In this document: piece by piece, positions 16,385 through 25,272 of the stretch
Layout: every line of letters begins with the position of its first letter
Position numbering within the stretch: the first letter of the stretch is position 1
Origin: Pseudodesulfovibrio piezophilus C1TLV30
GTDB lineage: Bacteria > Desulfobacterota > Desulfovibrionia > Desulfovibrionales > Desulfovibrionaceae
Length of the DNA stretch: 32,000 nucleotides
Direction: 5' to 3'
Assembly (NCBI RefSeq): GCF_000341895.1
Contig: NC_020409.1
Location: 1,980,001 to 2,012,000 of the forward strand
Notes under the pieces: generated by a model
What the model was told of the DNA's origin: nothing
Databases searched by the model: none
The model's input: only the letters and a program-made list of their open reading frames with translations
Made by a program: the position numbers and the translations under genes

Positions 16385-16622
16385 CTCTACCTCCCAAGGA
16401 TAGACAGTGTATCGGCCGTCTCAAGGCCGGTTTCTCGATTTGGAAAAACTGCATGAATTAGTTTGGAAAAGCAAGCGAACCGTAGGTTTTCGTCTCTTCT
16501 GAGATCAGTTGCACACCACAAAGACATGTTGAGTGAGACAGCTTTTTTGTTTTATTCCAGTTGACAAAAATCGCATATTCTCCCATTTATGTTTTATCAA
16601 GATTGACATCAATGAGGAACCA

Positions 16623-17090
16623 ATGACCATAAACACTGGGCCAAAGCCGCCCCGTTCATCGCAACCCCACTGGGTCGCGGAAATCAAACGTCCTACCAGG
16701 GCAGAGCATGTGCTGCCCCTGTTAGGGGAGTCCGTCCCTGCCGGATTTCCATCTCCTGCCGAAGAATACCTGGAGAAATCCCTGGATCTCAATGAATTTG
16801 TCGCCCCACGCCCTGAAGCAACCTTCTTTGTCCGTGTCTCCGGAGATTCCATGATCGGCGCAGGCATTCACCATGACGATATCCTGGTAGTGGACCGATC
16901 CCAGAGACCGCACCCCGGCAATGTTATCATCGCCCATCTGGATGGGGAATTCACGGTCAAGCGACTCATGCGATCAGAAAAGGGCATGGAACTGATGCCG
17001 GAAAATCCCGACTACCCTTCCATTCCACTGACTCGAGATATGGAATTCGAGGTCTGGGGTGTCGTGCGCCACGTTATTCACAAATTATAG
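16623..17090 (+). CDS. umuD: Translesion polymerase V accessory subunit UmuD (S24 LexA-like self-cleaving peptidase)
   Basis: It has the Ala-Gly cleavage site in VPAGFPSPAEEY, the catalytic Ser in GDSM and the Lys in FTVKRL. The ATG at 16623 follows a GAGGA RBS. The track start at 16533 is upstream of the likely promoter. Confidence 0.88.
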   Translation: MTINTGPKPPRSSQPHWVAEIKRPTRAEHVLPLLGESVPAGFPSPAEEYLEKSLDLNEFVAPRPEATFFVRVSGDSMIGAGIHHDDILVVDRSQRPHPGNVIIAHLDGEFTVKRLMRSEKGMELMPENPDYPSIPLTRDMEFEVWGVVRHVIHKL

Positions 17091-17140
17091 TCGCTGTCCT
17101 CGTCATTCCCGATCTTCAACCCACCAAAGCAGGTTCCCCC

Positions 17141-18415
17141 ATGAGTGCCTTTGCCCTGATCGACTGCAACAATTTCTACGCCTCCTGCGAGCGTGCCTTC
17201 CGCCCGGAATTGCGCCACCGTCCCGTTGTGGTCCTTTCCAACAATGATGGCTGCGTCATTGCCCGGTCCAACGAGGCAAAATCGTTAGGCGTTGTTATGG
17301 GCACGCCGTACTTCAAATGCAAGACCTTGCTTGAGCACCACGGGGTCGCTGTTTTTTCCTCCAATTACGCCCTGTATGGAGACCTGTCCGCACGCGTCAT
17401 GCGCATACTCGCCAGATTCTGTTCCAATGTGGAAATCTACTCCATCGATGAGGCTTTCGCCGACTTCTCAGGAATTCCCGGAGGGACCATGACCTTTGCC
17501 CGCAGACTCAAGGCCACGGTGGAGGCATGGACCGGTATCCCCATTTCCATCGGTATAGGCGCTACCAAAACCCTGGCCAAACTCGCCAATCGATTCGCCA
17601 AAAAACATCCCCGATGCCAAGGGGTCTTTGATCTCACTGCCAGCCCTGCCCCTGATCTGGTGCTCAAATCCACGGAAATAGGTGATGTCTGGGGCATCGG
17701 TCCTCGCCATGCCAAACGACTGCGCTCCCTTGGCGTCTCCAATGCCCATGTTTTCCGCTCCCAGAAACGGGACTGGGTGAAAAAGAAAATGACCGTCACC
17801 GGCCTGCATACCCTGCTGGAACTACGAGGCATGCCCTGCCTTGACTTTGCAACCGGACCAGTGGCCAAGAAAACCATTGTCTCTTCCCGCTCCTTCGGCC
17901 ACCCGGTCACTCGGTATGAAGACCTGCTTGAAGCTGCGGCGCAATACACCACCCGCGCTGCCGAAAGGCTTCGCCGTCAGCAGGCAGTAACTTCCCACGT
18001 TCACTTCTTTCTGCAAACCAATACATTCAAACGTGGTCATCCACAGTACTCCAATGCAGCACAGGTCCCATTGCTCATAGCCACCTCCCACACACCCACC
18101 TTGATCAAGGCCGCCCACTCCGGTTTGAAACGAATTTACCGCAAAGGGTATACCTTCAAGAAATGTGGTGTCATGCTCTCAGGACTGGAGCCGGTCAACG
18201 GTCGATGGCTCAATCTTCTGGACCTGCCGCCCGAGAGTGGCTCCCGACATGAACCGCTGATGCAGGCTGTGGACGCCATGAATGCCCGGTGGGGACAGGA
18301 TACCGTCAAATTCGCGGCATCCGGCTTGAACGGAAGCTGGCACATGCGCCGAAACCACCGGTCTCCACGATACACGACAGTCTGGAAAGAGCTGCTTGAA
18401 GTCCACGCATCCTGA
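17141..18415 (+). CDS. umuC: Y-family DNA polymerase V catalytic subunit UmuC
   Basis: 424 aa. The N-terminus FALIDCNNFYASCERAFRPELRHRPVVVLSNNDGCVIARS and the segment YSIDEAF are UmuC/DinB hallmarks. It lies directly downstream of umuD. Confidence 0.93.
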   Translation: MSAFALIDCNNFYASCERAFRPELRHRPVVVLSNNDGCVIARSNEAKSLGVVMGTPYFKCKTLLEHHGVAVFSSNYALYGDLSARVMRILARFCSNVEIYSIDEAFADFSGIPGGTMTFARRLKATVEAWTGIPISIGIGATKTLAKLANRFAKKHPRCQGVFDLTASPAPDLVLKSTEIGDVWGIGPRHAKRLRSLGVSNAHVFRSQKRDWVKKKMTVTGLHTLLELRGMPCLDFATGPVAKKTIVSSRSFGHPVTRYEDLLEAAAQYTTRAAERLRRQQAVTSHVHFFLQTNTFKRGHPQYSNAAQVPLLIATSHTPTLIKAAHSGLKRIYRKGYTFKKCGVMLSGLEPVNGRWLNLLDLPPESGSRHEPLMQAVDAMNARWGQDTVKFAASGLNGSWHMRRNHRSPRYTTVWKELLEVHAS

Positions 18416-18594
18416 TATAAACAGAGAATACCCATAAACTCTTCAAACGAAGCAAGGGAACAGACAATTCCAGTTTGGGGAAGAGAAGTCCTTCCTGTGA
18501 AGGAAAATTTAATGCAAAATGAAAAGACTCTCTTGATCCGCGCATCCTGCGGCAGGGACAACGATCAGCAACCTATAACGCAAGGAGAAAAGAG

Positions 18595-19098
18595 ATGCTT
18601 ATCCACTCCGTCCTAACCGAATCCTTTCTCGGTCTTGTCATGATGGCTGCGACTGAACATGGATTGTGTGCCGTTGAATTCGGAGAATCCGAGTCCGCGC
18701 TGAATCTGAGCTTGGCTGCACGGTTTCCCAAAGCGGAAATCCGGGCCGGAGATGCTTCGATGATCGAACAGGCCGGTGCGCTCGCTGACTTCATCAAACA
18801 GCCAATTGGCGAATTCCCCTTGCCTCTGGATATTCAGGGAACCGCATTTCAGCAGCGCGTCTGGCTGGAGCTGCGGACCATCCCGGCCGGGGAAACACGA
18901 ACATACAGCGATGTGGCCGAGGCCCTCGACTGCCCGAAATCAGCCAGGGCCGTTGCCGGAGCCTGCGCCCGGAATCGACTGGCTGTGGTCATACCATGCC
19001 ACCGCGTCGTGGGAAAAAACGGGGCATTGACCGGCTATTATTGGGGGATTGAGCGGAAAAAGGCTCTTTTGAAAAATGAAAGGACACTGACTCCCTGA
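18595..19098 (+). CDS. ogt: Methylated-DNA--protein-cysteine methyltransferase
   Basis: 167 aa with the active-site motif IPCHRVV and the preceding RAVAGACARN helix-turn-helix. An AAGGAG RBS is present. Confidence 0.9.
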   Translation: MLIHSVLTESFLGLVMMAATEHGLCAVEFGESESALNLSLAARFPKAEIRAGDASMIEQAGALADFIKQPIGEFPLPLDIQGTAFQQRVWLELRTIPAGETRTYSDVAEALDCPKSARAVAGACARNRLAVVIPCHRVVGKNGALTGYYWGIERKKALLKNERTLTP

Positions 19099-19200
19099 AC
19101 AGTACCCCAAAGGCTGGACGGTTGGTCCCACATCCCAGCCACGCTCTGGCGAAAAAGAGTCAGCACACTTTCCCGCCAAGAGCGGTTCGGAACCACCAAC

Positions 19201-19527
19201 TTACATGCTGGCGAGAGCATCCACCTTGTTCGGATACAGGGGGAATATTTTGTCGTACCCAGAGACTTCAAAAACTTCCTGAATATAGTCCTTGATACCA
19301 CAGATGGCCACCTTGCCCGAGGCCTTTTTGAGCCGCTGGTAGGCAAGAACAAGCACCCGCAGACCGGAGCTGTTAATGTAATCCAATCCGGAAAAATCAA
19401 AAAGCAGGCGGGTCTCGCCATTTTCCAGCAAGCCGATGACTTTTTCTTCCATGGCCTGTGTCCCGTCGGCATCGAGATTTCCCTCGATGGACAGAATGGT
19501 GATGCCGTTTTCGCTTGATTCAATCAT
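19201..19527 (-). CDS. STAS-domain anti-sigma-factor antagonist (RsbV/SpoIIAA-like)
   Basis: ~108 aa with the phosphorylatable-serine region DFSGLDYINSSGLRVLV. The start was chosen at MIESSENG (GGGAGGG RBS). The track start at 19572 would overlap the upstream kinase gene. Confidence 0.85.
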   Translation of the reverse strand: MIESSENGITILSIEGNLDADGTQAMEEKVIGLLENGETRLLFDFSGLDYINSSGLRVLVLAYQRLKKASGKVAICGIKDYIQEVFEVSGYDKIFPLYPNKVDALASM

Positions 19528-19553
19528 TGCCACGATACCCTCCCTATGAGCAG

Positions 19554-20000
19554 CTACCCATGCGGGCAGCACCCTTCACAAAGTGTTTTCTTGAGAACAA
19601 GCACATTCTTGCCGTTCTCTCTTGTATATTTGATTTTATTCATGAGATTCTTGACCAAATGAATCCCCATGCCACCGACAGGCCGGGCGCGCTTTTCCAG
19701 CGGCAAACTCAATTCCGGCTCCGGTGCCTCAAGGATATTGAAAGGCTCGGCATCGTCTTCGATCCGTATGATAATTTCTTCACCCTCCAACGACACGGTG
19801 ACATCAATGGGATGATCATCAAAATCGGTATACCCGTAACTGATGATATTGGTGACCAGTTCGTCGAGGCAGAGAGTCAGATGGAAAACCACCTTGGCCG
19901 ACAGACCATGCGCCGCGCCAAAGGCCTCCACTTTGGGTTGAAAACACTCAAAGCAGTTTATCCTGTTGGTCATCTGAAACGATATGACGGTGTCAGCCAC
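19554..20000 (-). CDS. Anti-sigma regulatory serine kinase (RsbW/SpoIIAB-like, HATPase_c)
   Basis: 148 aa with the N-box ELVTNIISYG and the G-box GGMGIHLVKNLM. It lies between the PP2C phosphatase gene and the STAS gene. Confidence 0.85.
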   Translation of the reverse strand: MADTVISFQMTNRINCFECFQPKVEAFGAAHGLSAKVVFHLTLCLDELVTNIISYGYTDFDDHPIDVTVSLEGEEIIIRIEDDAEPFNILEAPEPELSLPLEKRARPVGGMGIHLVKNLMNKIKYTRENGKNVLVLKKTLCEGCCPHG

Positions 20001-20003
20001 GGT

Positions 20004-22139
20004 TCAGTCCTTCTTGATAACGACGACAGCTATGTCATCTTCCTGTCTCTTGCCATGATGAGTCCCCACGGCCGTCATGAGAGCCAGCCGTATCTCTTCG
20101 GAACTCTTATGCGCATTCTGCCGGATGATGGCAAGCATTCTCTGTTTGCCAAACATCTCACCCTTGGCATCCCGAGCCTCCCAGACTCCGTCCGTGGCCA
20201 GTACCAGGACTTCACCGGTGCTCAAGGTTGCCTGATAGTCCTGAAACACAAATCCCTCCAGAACTCCCAGGGCCAGGCCATCCCCGGCCAGCGTGGAGAA
20301 ATGATCGGAGGACGGAGTATAACGGATGGCAGGCTCATGCCCTGCCCGGACCCACCGGATATTGGGAGACCCTTCGATGAGACGGAGATAAAAAAGCGTC
20401 AGGAAGCGTCCTGTCCCGTCCAGATCCCGGCTCAAAAAAGTATTGATGGCCTCCACCCGTTCGCGTGGCGTAAGCAGCACCTGGGAGAGTGAGTGCAACT
20501 GCCCCCTGGCGGTCGCCATGACCAGAGCCGAGGGCACGCCGTGGCCGGAGACATCACCCAGAACGACCCCCATGGCGCGGCCCGAAGGACTGGCAACTTC
20601 AATGAAATCATAGTAGTCCCCGCCAGTCTGTTCACAGTAGGAGATTCCTCCTGAAATGTCATACCCCGCAATGACCGGTTCTGTCTGGGGGAGCAAGAGT
20701 TTCTGGACCCCCCTGGCGAGATGCATGTCCCGGCGCAGATGCAGCCTCTCCTGAAGCTTGGGTCCCATTTCATTGAGGGAATCCACAAGTTCATCCCGTT
20801 CATCCCCCATCTTCATGGTCACACGAGCCGAGAAATCCCCACCGGCCAGACGTTTGACCGCATCGGCCATCAGCAACAGGGGTTTGGTGACGGCCCGAGA
20901 ACCGAGCCAGGCCATAATCCCTGTTATGATAAGCATGATGCCTGAGATGAAAGCGGAGATATTACGTATTCTCCCGAAAAGAAATTCCATGGACCCGGCC
21001 ACCTGATCAGGCAACTCGGCAATGACCGATTTGGGAGCGATGAGCAGAAAACTCAAATCCGGATTACTGGCAAACGCCCACATGCACGGCCTTCCCTTGT
21101 AGGGTAACTGCATGACGCCGCTTTCGGATTCATTCATGGCCACCAGCAACCGGCCAAAAGCCTCGGGATCGTCAGACTGCATCCATTCCGGTTCGATGCC
21201 GGACATCCAGTGTCTCCGCCCCCCGTCGTCATACGACTGCTGGGCGATAATGAGCAGTCCATCATTGGCAACGGTATCTCCGGGATATCTGATGACCATG
21301 AAAGACATGATCTCGTCACTCCACCGGGATTTGAGCGTGGCGTCGGTAATGAGATGGGAGACAGGCACATCGATGGATGCCGCGCCAAGAAATGCGCCAT
21401 GCCGATCTCGTATAGGATAACTGACCGAGGCAATGGCCCGGCGGGTTGAGGGATCCACGCCCGGAGCCGTCCAGGAGACCTCTCCGATGGAATGGCGGGT
21501 TCGCCTGTACCATTGCTGCTCCCGGTGATCATACTGCATGGGGAAGTGCCCGTGCCCAGGATATGTCATGAACACTCCCGACTCCAAGCCTATGTTGAAC
21601 CACTGCGAATTGTCAGTCAATTCAGCATAAAGCTGCTTCATGGTAGGGACGACTCTTTTGAGAGCATCCTCATCAGGTCCGAAAGCGTGATGCTCTTCAG
21701 GGGGCGGCAGTTTAAAAGCAGGAAATTCGAGACTGAAAGGAAATGGGCGAGTCTTGCCCGACACCGTTCGTGTCTGATAGGACTTTCCCACGCTCAGATC
21801 TGGCGGCGCATCCGATGCTGTTTCAAAATCACCGACACGATAGGACTTGGTCGTTCCGCCCTTTTGCCCATGACTGAACTGGTGCTCGACTTCCAGAGCC
21901 AGCATTCTGACGCCGATGCTCATGGTTTCACCGCTCAGTTCCAGAATCTTGAGCAGAGACATGGCATTGTGCTCCAACTCGGCACTGACGATATCCAGCA
22001 ATTCATCTCTTGCATTGCCGGAAATGGTTGCCGTCAGTCTCCCTGCCTGCCTGCTCAGGATAGAACGGGACAGGAGCAACGGCCCCAGGCTGAAAGCCAG
22101 GAGGATGATGAAGAATTTGATCCGTATCGATACTTTCAT
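20004..22139 (-). CDS. Membrane sensor PP2C-type serine phosphatase (RsbU/SpoIIE family) with a periplasmic Cache-like domain and HAMP
   Basis: The C-terminal PP2C motifs are GGDYYDF, LGDVSGHGVPSAL, LATDGVWEA and DDIAVVVI. A HAMP-like segment precedes them (AVKRLAGGDFSARV). Two TM helices flank a ~380-aa extracytoplasmic region. The start was chosen at MKVSIRIKFF (GGAAGG 7 nt upstream). The track start is 22232. Confidence 0.88.
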   Translation of the reverse strand: MKVSIRIKFFIILLAFSLGPLLLSRSILSRQAGRLTATISGNARDELLDIVSAELEHNAMSLLKILELSGETMSIGVRMLALEVEHQFSHGQKGGTTKSYRVGDFETASDAPPDLSVGKSYQTRTVSGKTRPFPFSLEFPAFKLPPPEEHHAFGPDEDALKRVVPTMKQLYAELTDNSQWFNIGLESGVFMTYPGHGHFPMQYDHREQQWYRRTRHSIGEVSWTAPGVDPSTRRAIASVSYPIRDRHGAFLGAASIDVPVSHLITDATLKSRWSDEIMSFMVIRYPGDTVANDGLLIIAQQSYDDGGRRHWMSGIEPEWMQSDDPEAFGRLLVAMNESESGVMQLPYKGRPCMWAFASNPDLSFLLIAPKSVIAELPDQVAGSMEFLFGRIRNISAFISGIMLIITGIMAWLGSRAVTKPLLLMADAVKRLAGGDFSARVTMKMGDERDELVDSLNEMGPKLQERLHLRRDMHLARGVQKLLLPQTEPVIAGYDISGGISYCEQTGGDYYDFIEVASPSGRAMGVVLGDVSGHGVPSALVMATARGQLHSLSQVLLTPRERVEAINTFLSRDLDGTGRFLTLFYLRLIEGSPNIRWVRAGHEPAIRYTPSSDHFSTLAGDGLALGVLEGFVFQDYQATLSTGEVLVLATDGVWEARDAKGEMFGKQRMLAIIRQNAHKSSEEIRLALMTAVGTHHGKRQEDDIAVVVIKKD

Positions 22140-22283
22140 CGTCATGCCTTCCGTTGATTTGAGCACATTCTTCCGACCTCTGTCCATAAGCCGGAAGCGC
22201 TTTGTCAGATAGGACTTGGAAAAATAAATCATTCCGTCTAAGTATTATGAGACATAACCCCACTGAAAGCCAGGAAAGCCTTG

Positions 22284-24815
22284 ATGCCGCATATCAACGA
22301 AACAAAACGCATAACCAAAACATCCCTCTATTCATGGGTTCTCTATAAGAATATTCACCTACAACTGACGGTTGTCGGCATCATCCTGATCACCGTGGCC
22401 CTCCGGGTTCTCGCTCCCGAGATGGAAAAAAGAATCATCAACGAAGCCATCGGCTTGAGAGACCTGCCCGCCTTGTGGCGCTACTGTGCCATTTACATCG
22501 GCGCAGTCACTCTGGCTGGGGTGCTCAAATTCGTGATCAACCTGATGCAGGTTTCCATCGGCGAACGGGCCCTGCTGGTTATTCGCAACCGCCTTTATGA
22601 ACATCTGCTTTCCCTGCCGGTCCAATTCTATCGACGCACCTCGCCGGGCAATGTCATTTCATATATCATCACCGAGTTCATCCCGGTCGCGACCTTCATT
22701 GGCCAGGCCGTTGCCATGCCCACAGTCAACATCCTGACCTTCCTGGCCATGGCCGCCTATATGCTGCATCTCAATCTGACCATCGGCCTTATCGCCATTC
22801 TTATCTACCCGGTCGAAATTCTGGTCCTGCCCCGTATCCAGAAATATTTCCGACGAGCCAGCCGCCGCCGCATCAAACATACCCAAAGGCTCTCGGGGCT
22901 GGTTGGCGAGGCCGTCTCCGGCGTGCATGAAGTCCATGCCAATGCTTCGATCCCCCTTGAGAAGGCCCGTTTTTCCAAGATTCTTAACGAAATGTACAAA
23001 GCGACGGTGATGCAGAACGGCATCAAGTTCGCCATCAAGTTCGTCAACAATTTTTTCATGAGCCTCGGACCATTCGTCCTCTTCCTCGTCGGCGGTTACT
23101 ACGCCATCAACGGTCATCTGGATGTCGGCTCTATCGTGGCCTTCATGTCTGCTTTCCAGAAACTCTACGATCCATGGAAAGAACTGATGGAATTCTGGCA
23201 GGTGTATCAGGACAGCTCTGTCCGCTACAAGCAGATCATGCGCTCCTTTGACCATGCCCCGGAGTTTGCCCAGACCGTGGAAGGGCGCGCCCCCTACACC
23301 CTGACAAACGACGTGGAAGTCAGGGAATTGACCTTTGTTGTGGGCAACAACATCAAACTCCTTGACCGGGTCTCCCTCAAAGTCAAAGGCGGCGAGCACA
23401 TCGCCCTGGTAGGATTTTCCGGTTCAGGGAAATCCACACTGGCACTCTGTATCGCCCAACTCTACCGATATACCGGCGGTTCCATCCTGATTGGCGGCAA
23501 GGAAGTCAGCGAACTGGCGAAGCCGGACATGTCCTTTAACCTCGGTATGGTGGCACAACACCCGTTCATTTTCGACGGCACGGTCAAGGCAAATCTCCTG
23601 TATTCCTGCGAGGCCCTGGCCCTTCAAGGCGGCTCCTGCACGGAATCCGGGGAAGAACCGAGTCTGGACATGCTGGTCAAGCTTATCCAGCAGGTCGGCC
23701 TGTTCACGGATATTCTGGCTTTTGCCCTTCGGACCAAATTGGACAGCGGCACACACCTCGGCCTGCGTCAGAAGATCCTTCAGGCCCGTAAAGAATTCCA
23801 GGAAGGCAAAGATGGCATGTTTGCCGATATAGCCGACTACATTGAATTTTTTGATATGGATAGCTACTGCCACTATCTCTCCGTGGCGGAGAATATCGCC
23901 TTCGGTGCGGCCGTAGCTGAAGACTATGACCAGGAGCATCTCCACCTGCGTCCCAAATTTATCGAATTTCTTGAGTACCATGGCCTTATGGCCCACCTCA
24001 TCGTCCTTGGCGAAACCTTGGCCCGCCTGGTGACCGACGAACTTGGGCCGGAACCGGAAATGGAGGCCTTTACCGACTGCCCGATTCCGATCACCGAATA
24101 TGGCGAATACCAGAAACTGGCCAACCGACTCGACTCAGGAGAACCGCTCAGCGAAGAGGAAAACGGACTTATCCTGAAGCTGGCACTCGGCTTTACCCCC
24201 GGCATCCATCGCCAGGTCAGCCTGGACCGAGGATTCGCCAACCGAGTCGTCAATTCACGCAAGGATTTCATCGCCAGGGTGGAAGAGGACACTCCCGGCA
24301 TATTCCGTTTCTTTGAAGCGGATAAATACATTGAGAGCCTGAATATCAAGGATAATATTCTCTTTGGTCGTGTACGTTCCGGTGATGATGTTCCCGACAT
24401 TGAAGAAGAAATCTATCACCGCATCAATCAGGCCCTGATCATGCAGGAATCCCTGGAGACCGTGCTTGAAATCGGCCTTGAATTCGAAGTCGGCTCCATG
24501 GGCGACAGACTTTCCGGCGGCCAACGCCAAAAGATCGCCCTGGCCCGAACATTCCTCAAGAATCCCCCCATCCTGATTCTTGATGAAGCCACAGCCGCGC
24601 TGGACAACAAGTCCCAAACCCGCGTCCAGAACATCATCACCAACAACATGAAAGGGAAGTCCACTGTTCTGGCCGTGATACACCGCCTCGACATGCTCCC
24701 CTATTACGACAAGATCGTCGTGCTCAAAGATGGCCGGATTGTCGAGCAGGGTCCCTATGATGAATTGGTCGAAAAACGGGGCGCATTGCACACCCTGCTG
24801 ACGGGGAATCACTAA
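22284..24815 (+). CDS. Fused ABC exporter (TMD-NBD) with a ~260-aa insertion inside the nucleotide-binding domain
   Basis: The N-terminal ~330 aa form a type I exporter-like TMD. Motif positions are Walker A GFSGSGKST (aa 378-386), Q-loop Q426, LSGGQ aa 744-748, Walker B ILILDE and H-loop H801. The track start is TTG 22281 and an ATG follows at 22284. Confidence 0.9.
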   Translation: MPHINETKRITKTSLYSWVLYKNIHLQLTVVGIILITVALRVLAPEMEKRIINEAIGLRDLPALWRYCAIYIGAVTLAGVLKFVINLMQVSIGERALLVIRNRLYEHLLSLPVQFYRRTSPGNVISYIITEFIPVATFIGQAVAMPTVNILTFLAMAAYMLHLNLTIGLIAILIYPVEILVLPRIQKYFRRASRRRIKHTQRLSGLVGEAVSGVHEVHANASIPLEKARFSKILNEMYKATVMQNGIKFAIKFVNNFFMSLGPFVLFLVGGYYAINGHLDVGSIVAFMSAFQKLYDPWKELMEFWQVYQDSSVRYKQIMRSFDHAPEFAQTVEGRAPYTLTNDVEVRELTFVVGNNIKLLDRVSLKVKGGEHIALVGFSGSGKSTLALCIAQLYRYTGGSILIGGKEVSELAKPDMSFNLGMVAQHPFIFDGTVKANLLYSCEALALQGGSCTESGEEPSLDMLVKLIQQVGLFTDILAFALRTKLDSGTHLGLRQKILQARKEFQEGKDGMFADIADYIEFFDMDSYCHYLSVAENIAFGAAVAEDYDQEHLHLRPKFIEFLEYHGLMAHLIVLGETLARLVTDELGPEPEMEAFTDCPIPITEYGEYQKLANRLDSGEPLSEEENGLILKLALGFTPGIHRQVSLDRGFANRVVNSRKDFIARVEEDTPGIFRFFEADKYIESLNIKDNILFGRVRSGDDVPDIEEEIYHRINQALIMQESLETVLEIGLEFEVGSMGDRLSGGQRQKIALARTFLKNPPILILDEATAALDNKSQTRVQNIITNNMKGKSTVLAVIHRLDMLPYYDKIVVLKDGRIVEQGPYDELVEKRGALHTLLTGNH

Positions 24816-25008
24816 AAAACGACGTTTTTGTTGCCTTCCCCAAAAAGGACTTCACAAGGCTTTATTTGGCTGGATACAATGTTTTTTCGTACTTGATCCA
24901 AATAATCTTCACAAAAATATAAAATATTTCGTCGAATTTCCGCTTTACACACTTTTTTTTTGCATGTAGGCCTGCCTTACCCAAATCGGGACTCTCTCTC
25001 TCATAGGG

Positions 25009-25041
25009 CTTCGGCCTCGGAGTTGTTCTCCGGGGCCGAAG
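25009..25041 (+). other. Very stable 14-bp hairpin (one G-U pair, 5-nt loop) in an intergenic region
   Basis: cttcggcctcggag (25009-25022) pairs with ctccggggccgaag (25028-25041) around the loop ttgtt. Confidence 0.7.
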
Positions 25042-25056
25042 ACCAGTCGACCCACT

Positions 25057-25081
25057 CCACGCACTCAATGCGTGGTTTTTT
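25057..25081 (+). terminator. Intrinsic terminator (plus strand)
   Basis: The stem ccacgca (25057-25063) pairs with tgcgtgg (25069-25075), followed by T6 at 25076-25081. Confidence 0.75.
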
Positions 25082-25183
25082 ATTGCCCTCCGATCGCAAC
25101 AGAATTGTCACCCGGATGCAACCCAAATCCTCACAAGACCGCGTAGATTCATCCAAACGGATACGAACTCCTTTCCGTAGCCT

Positions 25184-25218
25184 GCGGGGTGGGAATCCCC
25201 AACTCCCTCCCACCCCGC
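25184..25218. repeat. Perfect 11-bp inverted repeat with a 13-nt spacer, 55 nt upstream of the glycosyltransferase-like gene
   Basis: gcggggtggga (25184-25194) is the reverse complement of tcccaccccgc (25208-25218). Confidence 0.7.
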
Positions 25219-25272
25219 ACCCCAACGGCTCCTTTTCTTGCCAAAATTCGGCGAGTATGCTCTTGATTCTAT

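Noticed and set aside
16439-16456. Sigma-54-like TGGAAAAACTGCA element upstream of dctP/umuD
   Set aside because: The GG-to-GC spacing is about 9 nt instead of the required 12, and the element is on the wrong strand for dctP.
18512-18616. 34-aa ORF overlapping the ogt start in another frame
   Set aside because: The product is hydrophilic and has no features. The ogt start at 18595 has its own AAGGAG RBS and aligns with typical Ogt N-termini. Nothing suggests leader-peptide control.
16533-19098. umuDC-ogt as cargo of a mobile element or prophage
   Set aside because: The flanks contain no integrase, transposase, tRNA attachment site, direct repeats or plasmid genes. The neighbours are ordinary chromosomal genes.
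19515-20492. 325-aa plus-strand ORF opposite the RsbW-like and PP2C genes
   Set aside because: It is antisense to genes with clear kinase and phosphatase motifs. It has no motifs of its own.
22659-24812. Three minus-strand ORFs (246, 190 and 185 aa) inside the ABC exporter gene
   Set aside because: They are shadow ORFs. The plus frame is continuous for 844 codons and carries all ABC motifs in the correct order.
15199-25201. Recurrence of the 10-mer GGGAATCCCC (near 15199 and 25192) and related GGGATTC strings in 6800-7110 as a dispersed repeat family
   Set aside because: Matches of 10 nt are expected many times by chance among all pairs in 2 x 32 kb. The flanking sequences do not align.
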